Of a DNA stretch of 64,000 bases, positions 24,501-36,255 are shown in pieces (within the stretch, counting starts at the first letter, position 1; every line of letters starts with the position of its first letter). The translations under genes were made by a program, and so were the position numbers. Origin of the DNA: Camelus ferus (lineage: Eukaryota). The DNA lies in contig NC_045696.1 of assembly GCF_009834535.1 (NCBI RefSeq), positions 26,104,001 to 26,168,000 on the forward strand. Direction: 5' to 3'. The notes beneath the pieces are model-generated. The model was not told where the DNA came from, searched no databases, and worked only from the letters and a program-made list of their open reading frames with translations.

Positions 24501-25524
24501 TGTGATATCTCCTTGATTATAATTTAGCAGCTAAAATTCATAGTGTGTTTCAAAAGTAAACAAAAACCACATTGCAAATTATATTAATTTTAGTTTTTAA
24601 AAGCCCTCTAATTAAAATTTAAACATAATAACAAATGGCATATGAAACATTTCAAAACATAAAATTATGGTTTAAGTCGAATGTCAAGCTTTGGAAAGTT
24701 GAATGTGTCTCAGAGTTGGTGCAGATGAAGACTAAGAACATACTTACCTTCATTTCTTCCATTTTTCATATCACGTCTTTCCCCAGTTCTTTACTTAGTT
24801 AAATAATGTAGCTGTAATAATAAGTTTGTACAAACAACCAACAGACTAATTGTTTTGTTAATAACATTCTAGAGTGCTCAAATCAATACAGTTGTCCAAA
24901 TTAAATTGTCTTGGCTCATATTAAAAAGATCTGTGGCTATTTGTTGACTTATTCTTTATGCTGGCTCACAAAATGCCAAGCAATCTTGCTTTCACCAGAC
25001 TGACACCCTGGCACATTTTGATATCATCATAGTTGGTAAGAAAATTAAGTCAATTTTTCTCTGTGTATATGCATTTAAATATAGTTGCTTCTTAGGATTG
25101 TGTGATTATCTGATACTGCATTAAATTATAGCATTGAACATATTGATGGAAAGCCTCAATACTGAACTCAATGATTCAAAATATTATCATAATGAAAATA
25201 AGAATCCCTGATCATTGATGTTTGAAGATTGCTGCTGTATATTTACAAGTAGGACAAAAATTACATGAAAGATATAAGGATAGGTACTTTTGATTGAAAA
25301 AGCGTGCCAAATATTTAAGAAAATTTAGAGTTTTCTTTTTAAAAATAGAGCTTCTATATCATAGTTGAAAGTGAAATAGATTTTTATTTTGTACTTTTTA
25401 TGTAAGAAGTATTTTATCAGTACACATGTAGGATTATATTTTCAGTCTTCAGAAATTTCACATTCTTTGTGTAAAAATTATGCATTATGGAAATTATTTT
25501 ATGTCTTCTATTTAATATATAGAA

Positions 25525-25625
25525 TAAACCAACAAATATTTATTGAGGACCTACTCAGTGCTATGTTTTGGAAAGATAACATTGAATAAGATTACCTCCT
25601 CTGCCTATAAAAACGTGTAGTATAA
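25525..25625 (-). mobile_element. L2 3' end fragment
   Basis: caacaaatatttattgaggacctactcagtgctatg...gaataagattacctcctctgcc. Confidence 0.6.
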
Positions 25626-26681
25626 ACTACAGTGATACCTGCATAAATACGTCAATGTTTTTCTAATAATTCCTTAAAAAAATTCTGTTGCTGGAGGGTT
25701 TCTAGAATCAGGGGAAAAGGTACTGGTAAATTATAATAAAAAGGAATAATGCATTTTGGAGGATAACATATTAACTCTATTGTATTTTTTATGTTGTATT
25801 TTAAAAACATGGCATCATCTGCTGATGGAAATGAATGTATCAACCATTAAGCTAAAGAGTATTTAGATGTTAACAGCTGAAGGATTAAGGAAACAGCATT
25901 GAGTGAGGAAATAAGCGTATACTGATTAGATCCTCTGCAGTACACTATTCTTAGTCTCTTGCTACAGAATCATACCAGTAAATTTTTTAGTGACTTTTTT
26001 TTAAAAAAGATAATGAAGTAGAAGAAAACAGAATCACAGGTGAAGAAAATCCAAGTACTACTCAGATGTACCCTGCTGTTCTTTGATTGTTGGTTTTGGG
26101 TGCCCTAAATTACATATTGACAGAGAACTGCCTTGTAGCAACATAAGATGCCCCCATGGGCCTTGACTCTACCTTTTTCATGTGGTTTCATCATTGCAAG
26201 AATTTTTCCTTATGGTTAACCAGCAGCCTTTTCGTCTTCTGAACAAGTTCTTACAGCAAGGAGGTTTGAGTGCTATTTTTAGCATGCCTCTGTAAGTGGA
26301 GAGTGGCTTCTTTGCCTGCAGACACACTTCCCTGCAGAGAAGGAAGTACTTAATTCTGAGCTTTTCATTTGGTTTAGTAACGTTACAAACAGTGCAGGTG
26401 GCTATAATTTTACACCATGTGAGTGAAAAAATGTCTTTTTCTTTCCCTCTCAACCTGCTTGTTTTGCTGGCTTAAACCCATAGATGGGTAATTAGAGCAA
26501 TTGATATTTTAAATTGATGAACTAGTTTGAAAAACTCTTTGAAAAGGAATCCAAGCTTTCTATAATCAAAATGTGAAATTGTTACTGATGGGGAAAGATT
26601 TGTAACTGTAGGGTTCAAGTTAATACAAAAGTGGTAGCATCATCCACTAGTTACTCTATTGCAACTGTATCTTTATCATAG

Positions 26682-27320
26682 TTTTTTTTTTAGTTTTTTT
26701 AATTGAAGTATAGTTGATTTACAATATTTCAAGTGTACAATAAGGCTTTTCATATGTCTCTATATATGTGTGTGTATATATATATGTATATATATATTCT
26801 TTATGAGATTCTTTTTATTATAGTTTATACAAAATATTGAGTATAGTTCCCTGTGCTATACAGTAGGCCTTTGTTGTTTATCTGTTTTAAATATAGTAGT
26901 GTGTATATTTTAAACTCAAATTCCCAATTTATTCCTCCTACCACTTAACCCTTTGGTGACCATGTTTGTTTTCTATGTCAGTGAGTCTATTTCTGTTTTG
27001 TAAATAACTTCATTTGTATCATTTTTTGGATTCCACATATAAGTAATATTGTATGATATTTGTCTTTTTCTGTCTGACTTCATTTAGTATGATAACCTCT
27101 ATGTCCACCCATGTTGCTGCAAATAGCATTATTTATTTTTTATGGCTGAGTAATATTTCATTGTATATATATGTATATATACACATATATATGTGTGTGT
27201 GTGTGTGTGTGTGTATATACCTCTCCTTTTTTTATCCATTCATCTGTCAGTGGACATTTAGATTGCTTCCATGTCTTGGGTATTGTAAATAGTACTGCTA
27301 TGAACATTATGGTGCATGCA
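26682..27320 (-). mobile_element. Intermediate-age LINE-1 3' end with embedded (TA)n/(TG)n tracts
   Basis: Poly-T followed by aattgaagtatagttgatttacaat; ORF2 tail motifs; microsatellites at about 26760-26796 and 27163-27218. Confidence 0.9.
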
Positions 27321-27322
27321 TC

Positions 27323-28293
27323 TTTTTTTTTTAATTGAAGTATAGTTAATTTACAATGTTGTGCCAATTTCTGGTGCACAGCATATTTCAGTCATCCATA
27401 TACATACATATATTCCTTTTAATATTCTTTTTCATTATAGGCTACTACAAGATACTGAATATAGTTCCCTGTGCTATACAGTGGAAATTTGTTGTTTATC
27501 TATTTATATGTAGTAGTTAATGTCTGCAAATCTCTAACTCCCATTTTATCCTTTCCCACTCCCTTTCCCCATTGATAACCATAAGTTTTGTTTTCTATGT
27601 CTGTGAGTCTATTTTTGTTTTGTAAATAAGTTCATTTGTGTCTTCTTTTATTTCTTTTTAAGATTCCACATGTGAGTGATATCATATGGTATTTTTCTTT
27701 TTCTTTCTGGCTTACTTCACTTAGAATGATGATCTCCAAGCCCATCTGTGTTGCTGCAGATGGCATTATTTTATTCTTTTTTATGCTTGAGTAGTTTTAC
27801 ATTGTATAAATATAACACAGCTTCTTTACACAGTCATCTGTTGATGGACATTTAGATTGTTTCCATGTCTTGGCTATTGTAAATAGTGCTGCTGTGAACA
27901 TTGGGGTTTATGTGTCTTTGCAAATTAGGTTCCCTCCAGATATATGCCCAGAAATGGGGTTGCAGGATCGTATGGTAACTGTATTTTTAGTTTTTTAAAG
28001 AACCTCCATCCTATTCTCCATAGTAGCGGTACCAACTTACATTCCCACCCACAATGTAGGAGGGCACTTTTTTCTCCATGCCCACTCCAGCATTTATTAT
28101 TTGTAGACTTTTTGATAATAGCCATTCTGACCAGTGTGAGTTGACATTTCATTGTAGTTTTAATTATGTACTTGAATAATCTTATAATTAGTGATGTTGA
28201 ACATCATTTCCTGTGCCTGTTGGCCATCTGTATGTCTTCTTTGGAGAAATATCTATTTAGGTCTTCTGCCCATTTTTTGATTGGGTTCTTTGT
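27323..28293 (-). mobile_element. Second intermediate-age LINE-1 3' end, directly adjoining the first
   Basis: New poly-T followed by aattgaagtatagttaatttacaatgttgtgccaatttctgg; ORF2 remnant [26 protein letters not shown]. Confidence 0.9.
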
Positions 28294-29917
28294 CTTTATT
28301 ATAGTTTATCACCATTTCATTAATGTAATTATGCTTTATCTTTGTAAAAACCTTTCACAACTGTCCATGAAATAAAGTCTTGCTATTTGGCAGCTTTTAA
28401 ATCAGAGTCCATTCTTGTAGGGTAGAAGGTGTCTATTAATGGCTTTATCAGGCAAGCTTAAGCATGAATAATCCTTGTTGAAGTACCAGAATCATGACTG
28501 GAAAATTTCATCTCTTCCTCTCTATGGTTCCTGTCTTCATCAATATTTTTTAATTTCTAATCTGCTCTAATGGTGTTTTTAACTACTCTTAAGTCTTGTT
28601 TCAAATGTTCAAATGTTTTCATGCCTTAATTTCTACTGTTATTTGGTATGCCAGTTCTTTTTTAATCTTCAACTTGACCATAAAAGGTACTTTTCATAGG
28701 GCATGATGTTAAATCTGTTTTTCTTCCTAAATGTATATAGGCTCACAAAGGAGAATTTTAAATTGTTCTTTACAAGAAGTAAAAATCACATTTTTGTATA
28801 AAAAAAAAAACACACACACACAAGCCATGAGATGTACTTCTTAAATGCTGAGAAAGAATAACAGTTCTTTATCAAAATAGCTATTAGAAACCAAAACCAG
28901 TAAGTGAAATGGTCTAATTATTTAATATACACAAGGTATCAGTATCTTGGTGCTATATGAAAATTAATTTCACCAACTATGTTAGAGTAATGGTTAGGAT
29001 TCATCTTCTCACCCTAAACAACTAGAAAGCCAGACAGAAAACAGTGGTGTTGCAAGTACTGAATGGCAGGCAGTTCAAGGTAGTGATGTCTGAGAAAGGG
29101 GAAACAACAAAAAAATGATGAGCCTTCCAGTTGTTCTAGCTTTCTTCCTGATGGCACTTTCCAAGCTACAACATAAGGGAGGGGAGCACAAACAGAGCCT
29201 GGTTGTCTCACTGAGATGAAAACAGAGATCATACCTAGTTTGGAGAGTAGGTATATCTAGAATTTGCAGAGTAAAGCACTGGAGAAGGATCTCTGAAAGA
29301 GAGCGAGAGAGAGTGAGAGCTGCAGAAAAGTCCCGTTAAATCTTTGGCTGAGTTTTAATCAGTTCATATATGGAAGGATTCTACCCAATGCCAGAAATCT
29401 TGGCACTCATGCAGAGCTGGGAAGGGTTTATGTTCCCAATGGGGGACTTCTCTAATGAATATTACCTTAGTAGTGGGGATAAATTAGTCATACACTAAAA
29501 TTGCTCTGAAATTGTCCTAACAGAGGTTAGAAGCAAACCTCAAAAGTATTCAGCTGATTCCCTCTTACTTATGTGTACACCACAACAAAACCTAACATTA
29601 TTTAAATGAATACAACAAAAATTTAGCAAGAAATAATATAAAGTTCATAATGTTCATATGTAATCAAAAATTACATGACATGCAAAAAAACAGGAAAATA
29701 TTATCCATATCCAGAATAAATATCAATCATTAGAAGCAATCCTAGGCATAGCAGAGATGATGTAACTAGCAGACAGTGAAGTTAAAATAGTTACTATAAA
29801 TAGGTTCCATATGTTCTGGGAAGTAGAGAAAACATGAGCATGATGAGGAGAGACATGGAAGGTATAAAAAGATACATCTTTCAGAGATGGAAAACATGAT
29901 GTCTAAAATGAAAACTA

Positions 29918-31200
29918 TTATCTCCATAGTTTTACCTTTTCTAGAATGTCATATAATTGGAATCATATAATGTGTATAGCCTTTTCAGGTGGACTTCTTT
30001 TACTTACTAATGTGCATTTAAGTTTCCCCAATGTCTTTTCATGACTTGATGGCTCACTTATTTTTTTTAACTTTTTAAAAGTTTATTTTTATATGGCTCA
30101 CTTCTTTTTAGCACTGAGTAATATTACATTGTCTGGATGTACCACAAATTATTAAGCCATTCACCTATGGAAGGACATCTTGGTGGTTTCAAGCTTTGAC
30201 AATTACGAATAAAACTGCTGTAAACATCTGTGTGCAAGTTTTTATGTGAACCCTGTTTTCAGCTCCTTTGGGTAAAATGCCAAAGATTGTGATTGCTAAA
30301 TTATATGGCAAGAGTATATTTTGTTTTATAAAACGCCTCCAATCTATCCTCCAAAGTGGCTGTACCATTTTGTATTCCCACCAGCAATGAATGAGAGTTC
30401 CTGTTGCTCCATGTCCTTGCCAGCATTTGATGATGTCAGTGTTCCAGAGTTTACCCATTCTAATAGGTGTGTAGTGTTAAAACTTATCTTTAATGGCTAA
30501 CTGTGCCAATATGATTTAATAAATAGTCCACTGATTTGAAATGCCACCTTTTAATTAATTAATTTAATGAAGTATAGTTGATTTAAAATATTATATTAGT
30601 TTCAAGGTGTACAGCATAGTGATACAGTATTTTCATAAATTATACTCCATTAAAAGTTATTGTAAGACAATTTCCTGTGCTATACAATATACCATTAATG
30701 CTTATCTTTTATGTATAGTAGTCTGTATCTCTTAATCTCATAATCCTAATTTGCCCTCTCCCTTTTCCTCTCCGCATGTGACATTCTGGAAAAGGCAAAA
30801 CCATGGAGATAGTAAAAAGACCAGTGATTGCCAGTGGTTAAGGGAGAGCAAGGGACAGATAGGTGGAGCACAGAGGATTTAGGGGCAGTGAAAATATTCT
30901 GCATGATATTATAATAATGGGTGCATCTCATTATACATCTGTTAAAATCCATGGAATGTACAATGAGAGTGAAACAGTGTAAACTATAAACTTTGGTGGT
31001 GATGATTTGTCAGTGTACATTCATCAGTTATAACAAATGCCCCACTGTGGAGGGGATGTTGAATAGGAGAGGCCGTGCATGCATGGTAGCAGCAGGTATA
31101 CTGGAAATCTTTGTACCTTACTCTCAATTGTTCTGTGAACCTAAAACTGCTATGAAAAATAAAGTTTTCAAAATAAGTTGAAAAACCCCAAAAATATAAA
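29918..31200 (+). mobile_element. L1MC-type element with 5' inversion (29918-30476 antisense, 30776-31200 sense)
   Basis: Both arms match the colinear copy at 47381-48077; flanked by taaaatgaaaacta (29904-29917) and taaaatgaaaaata (31202-31215). Confidence 0.8.
30549..30773 (-). mobile_element. Short LINE-1 3' UTR fragment nested at the inversion junction
   Basis: atgaagtatagttgatttaaaatattatattagtttcaaggtgtacagcatagtgat...cctgtgctatacaatat. Confidence 0.8.
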
Positions 31201-33895
31201 GTAAAATGAAAAATACTGAATGGGATTGATAGTAGATTAGACAAAACCAAAGAAAAGATCAGCAAACTTAAAGACCTATAAAATGAAACTCTGCAGAATT
31301 AAGCACTAAAAGAAAAAAAAATGGCAAAAATGGACAATGAAGTAGTTATTAGTGAGGCAATTCCAAGAAACTTAGCATGTATGTACTTAGAGTACTAGAA
31401 GTAGAGAAAAGAAAACAAAGTTGGAATAAATCTTTGAGAAAATAGTAACTGGAAATTTTTATAATTTAATGGAAACTGAACTGACAGATTGAAGGGAGCT
31501 CAATAAACCTAAAGCAGAATAGATTAAGGACAAGCATGTTAAAACACATCATAATCAAATTGCTGAAAATCAATGATAAAGAAAAAAAAATCTTGAAGGA
31601 AGATAGAAGAAATAAAGACCAATATTTTAAAAGGAACAAAAATAATGATGAGAGTAAATTCTGCCCAGAAACTGCAAACTATGTGACAGTAGAGTGACGT
31701 CTTTAAATTACTGAAAGAAAAAAAAAATAACAATTAAGGATTCTTTACCCAGTCAATTTTGGAAAAGAATAACAATGGAGGACTTACATATCTAATTTCT
31801 AATCTTATTACAAAGCTACAGTAACCAAGAGTATGTGATAATTTATTTGATAGACATAAAGACAAATGGAATAGAATACCCACATTCATATGGCAAATTG
31901 AGTTTTTACAAATATAGGAAGGTACTTCAGTGCAGGAAAGGATAGTCTTTCAACAAACAGTGCTGGAATATGCAAATAAAAATTCATTAATCAAAAATAT
32001 CAGAAGAAACTTTACCATTTGGGGTGCCTTGTATCAGTATTAACTTAATATGGATCTTAGCTTAAGTGAAAGAGCTTACCACTGTAACACTTGTTAAAAA
32101 GCACAGGAGAAAATCAGGTGACCTTGCGGTAAACAATGATTTCTTATAAGCCATCAAAAAACCCCAAAAGATAGATTAGAATTCATCAAAATTAAAACCT
32201 TTTGCTCTTTAAAAGACTAGTTTAAAAGCCTATATCTAATAAAGGACTTATATACAGCATATGGAAAGAATTCTTTAATCTCAGTAAGAAGAAAACATGC
32301 AACTCAAAACCAACTTTTTGATTTGAATAAACACTTCATCTAGATTAGATGAAATTTAAAATTGACAGTATCAAATGCTTTTGGAGAATTTGGAACAACT
32401 GTACTTATCATACATTGTTGGGAATGCAAATGGTACAGTTTAGAAATTTGGAAATTTCCAATAAAATGTCCACACTTACCATATGAGCCAACATTTCCAT
32501 TCCATATATTTACCCATGAGAAATGATGATATATGTCTATACAAAATACTCATTTGTGAATGTTATTTTAACACCATTGATAATTGTTTTGAAAAGCTGG
32601 AAATAATCCATCTATGCATAAATGGGTGAATAAATAAATTGTTATAGCCACGTGATGGAATACTACATAGCAATAAAAGGAATGAGCTATACTGTTGGTA
32701 TAGAACAGTAACATAAATAACTTAAAAACATACTAAATACAAGAAGCCTGAATCAAACAATAATGTGCTCTGTGTTTTTTTAAATATAAACTTTTTGAAG
32801 AGGGAAAACTGCATTGATGGAAAGCTGATCCGTGGTTTTCAGGGGCTGAGTATAGGGGAGGAGAATAACTGCAAAGATCAGAGGGAACTTTTTGGTGTTA
32901 ACGGAAATGTTCTTTACCACTATTGCATCATAAGCAAGGTAGTGATTATGTGACTGTGTATATATTTCAAGACCCCAGCCAATTCTTTATTAAAATTGGT
33001 TAATTTTATTACATAGAAATTATATCCAAAAACAGTTTTAAAAACTTTTATTTCACTTTGATGTAAATCTCTTCTAAATAATTTGACTTTTTTTCTATTT
33101 TTTTCCATAAAATTAAAGCTATGCTGAGTTTATTAATAAAGTTATTTTTTGGAATCATTTATAGCCCTGATACAGTCATAGCTAAGATGATGATTGACTT
33201 TACCTCTAGTTTCTCTGAAGTCATTTCAGAAGAATAAATTGAAGTATAAATTTTTAACCAAAATTAGACACCTTTTTTTCAAGAAACATTTATCACACAA
33301 GTGCACATAAAATATATGCATTTCTTATCCAAATTTGCATATAAAGTGTTGTGGCAAAATTAGAGAGCATATGGTCTTTTTTTCCTCTTTTATTGTCTAA
33401 GAAGCACTAAAGGCAAATAACTTTGTATAATTCTTCTAGTTTCACTCTTTTAAATAGCTTTATTTTCTGGCAGATGGGGAGTGCTAGCCAGGTATTAAAA
33501 TTACATTTGTATATATTGTTAGAATGTTTTATATTTATTCATGAAAATAAAATTTTTTGAATTGTCAGTTAAAACAGCAAAACCTATCTGTCATAGGGTT
33601 GAAAAAACAACTGTACCTGTCACTTCCCAAACACTTTGAAATATGTTGCATCATGGATGGCTGCCTAATGAATATTCTGTGATTCAAGTTTGTTTTAGTG
33701 ATGTTTTTAAACATTCTTCTCTTTAAAAATATAATAATACCATAGGCTAAGATTGAAATAGATGAGAAGAATTCATTTCAAGATGTAGCATCTCTTCCAA
33801 GATGTTTTGGGAAAATAGATACAGTAAAACATTACCATATACTTCTTAATAAGTGCTTTCCTCCTCCATGAACAGTTTAAAAATCAGTACTTATA

Positions 33896-34521
33896 TCCAG
33901 AGGGAACCTTAGTTCCAAAAGATACATGCACCTTAGTGTTCATCGCAGCACTGTTTACAATAGCCAAGACATGGAAAGAATCTAAATGTCCATTGACAGA
34001 TGACTGGATAAAGAAGCTGTGGTATATTTATACAGAGGAATACTACTCAGCTGTTAAAAAAAAGAATAAAATAATGCCATTTGCAGCAACATGAATGGAC
34101 TTGGAGATTGTCATTCTAAATGAAGTAAGCCAGGAAGAGAAAGAAAAATACCATATGATATCACTCATATGTGGAATCTAATAAAAAAAAAAAAAAGACA
34201 AACCTACTTACAAAACAGAAACAGATTCACAGACGTAGAAAACAAACTTATGGTTACCAGGGTGGGAGGGGGTGGGAAAGGTTAAATTGGGAGATCCAGA
34301 TTTGCAGATACTAACTAATATATATAAAATAGGTAAACAAGTTTATACTGTATAGCACAGGGAATTATATTCAATATCTCATAGTAACTTAAGGTGAAAA
34401 AGAATATGAAATCAAATATACGTATGTTTGTGGATGATTGAAGCATTGTGCTGTACACCAGAAATAGACACAACATTTTAAGCTGACTATACTTCAACAA
34501 CAACAACAAATATATATATAT
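33896..34521 (+). mobile_element. Intermediate-age LINE-1 3' end (about 0.6 kb)
   Basis: ORF2 tail and 3' UTR; 16-bp TSD aaaatcagtacttata (33880-33895) / aaaattagtacttata (34522-34537) with one mismatch. Confidence 0.93.
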
Positions 34522-36029
34522 AAAATTAGTACTTATAACAGATAGTCTTCAAGCATCATTTTATGGATTAATAAACTGAGAGAGATGAATTTAAAGTCAC
34601 ATGTGACACAGTCTATGAATAGTAGGCAGTCAAAATATTCTATTTTAGATTAGAATGAAAACAAAGATTGATTTAAAAATAAAATTTAGATACCTGTACT
34701 TGTCCATCAGTATTTGATACTAAGAACTTGAAGAAGTGAAAGAATATTTAAAACACATTATAATTAGACATGGATTTTTTAAATTAACTGAATTACTGAT
34801 GCTTCTCTTAGATTTATATTGCAATTAGAGAAGTAACTGAAGCATTTTTGCTAGGAAACATTTTTTTAAATTGTAAAATTTTCTATTTGAAATGTGAAAA
34901 GACATCATATAATTCAATAAATAGGTATATACATGCATACATATAACATACATACATACGTATAGACATATCAACCAACAAGCATACAGAACTGTCTTGG
35001 AACACTTAGTTTGTTTTGAAAAGAAATCTTTTAGACAGTTTTGAGGAGACATTGTGTGTAATGAGACAATTTTTATAAACTTGAGTCAAAACTAAATATT
35101 CTGTCATTCAAAATTGTCCTATGTCAAAACTTTCTTAGATAGAACTTTAGATGGAATGTCAGCATTTCATGTCAGATCACTGAGAAACTTGAGTGTATGC
35201 AAAGAACTTACCAAAATAAAATGAGCGCATTGTCTGAAAAACCATTGCTTCTGTGGCTAAAGATATTTCTTTTCTATTTTTCTCTCCAGTAGAGTTGCTC
35301 TGAACCTATGGTTTATCCTTATAATATGTATAAATAGTGAAGAAATATAAAGCTTAGGGGAAAAAGAAAAACTGGTATATAAATGCAGATATCTTCAGGG
35401 TTTTTTTCATGCATTTCTTTATCCTAGTTTATTCCTGTTTTATTGAGTAATGGGTTTTTCTCCCCACATTGCAGTATTAAAATTACAGTATTAAGCCATA
35501 TATCAAAATAACAGATAAAGTTTTATAGTATCAATTTCCAAATAAATGGTGCAAGAATGCCAGGACCACAGTTTGGTATACAATATGATAAAAAAATACA
35601 TATCCTGAAAGTTATTTTTTCTTAATTTAATACTAGATGAAACATGAGAAGCAATATGGTATTTGGAAGGGCTGTTTTAAATCACCCTTGTTTTGGGGGA
35701 TTTTTGGCTTTGTCTGCATGAAGCTATTAAGCAGACTGAAGCATGCATTTTCTAAATGATGACATCTAATATTTTTCTGTTATACGTGGTGCTATCAAAA
35801 TATTCTATAAGTTCGGCAGACATACCTGTGTGCTAGTTATGTGTTGTGTGATTTAGATTGATTTTGCAATCTATAGAGAGTTTGCAAAAGTCCCTAAACA
35901 TGGTATAAAAAGTTATGTATATTCCCTTCCACTCTCTCTACACATTTTAATTGTATCCATGCTTTTCTACGTATGTCCTCCCATGTTAAGTTAATAGATT
36001 ATATTTAAAAACCTCTCCGGTACCTGTAG

Positions 36030-36255
36030 CACAGCATTTCTCATGTTTTTTCATAACTGTCTTTTATGGGAGTTTTTTCAACATTTTTTTCCTCGTTGCT
36101 ATCCCTATGAAATTTTAATAGTACAGATAAACTGTATATTTGTTTGTGTACATTACGTATACCTATGCTTTCATATATATAAAGCATATTTGCACTCCTC
36201 CCTGCAGTGAGAATCTGTTTGCCTCCTTGGGGTTGATATTGCTCCCCCAACCTTG
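36030..36255. mobile_element. hAT-Charlie-like non-autonomous DNA transposon fragment
   Basis: Starts cagcatttctca and ends gcctccttggggttgatattgctccccc, resembling Charlie-derived MER ends; family not determined. Confidence 0.45.

Larger units (their letters stand above)
29010..33035 (+). mobile_element. Ancient L1M element (5' region/ORF1 remnant, late ORF2 remnant, L1MD/ME-like 3' end), interrupted by nested insertions
   Basis: ORF1-like aatgggattgatagtagattagac and cacatcataatcaaattgctgaaa; ORF2-like ggatagtctttcaacaaacagtgctgg and ttcatcaaaattaaaaccttttgctctt; 3' end aattttattacatagaaattatatcc. Confidence 0.75.
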
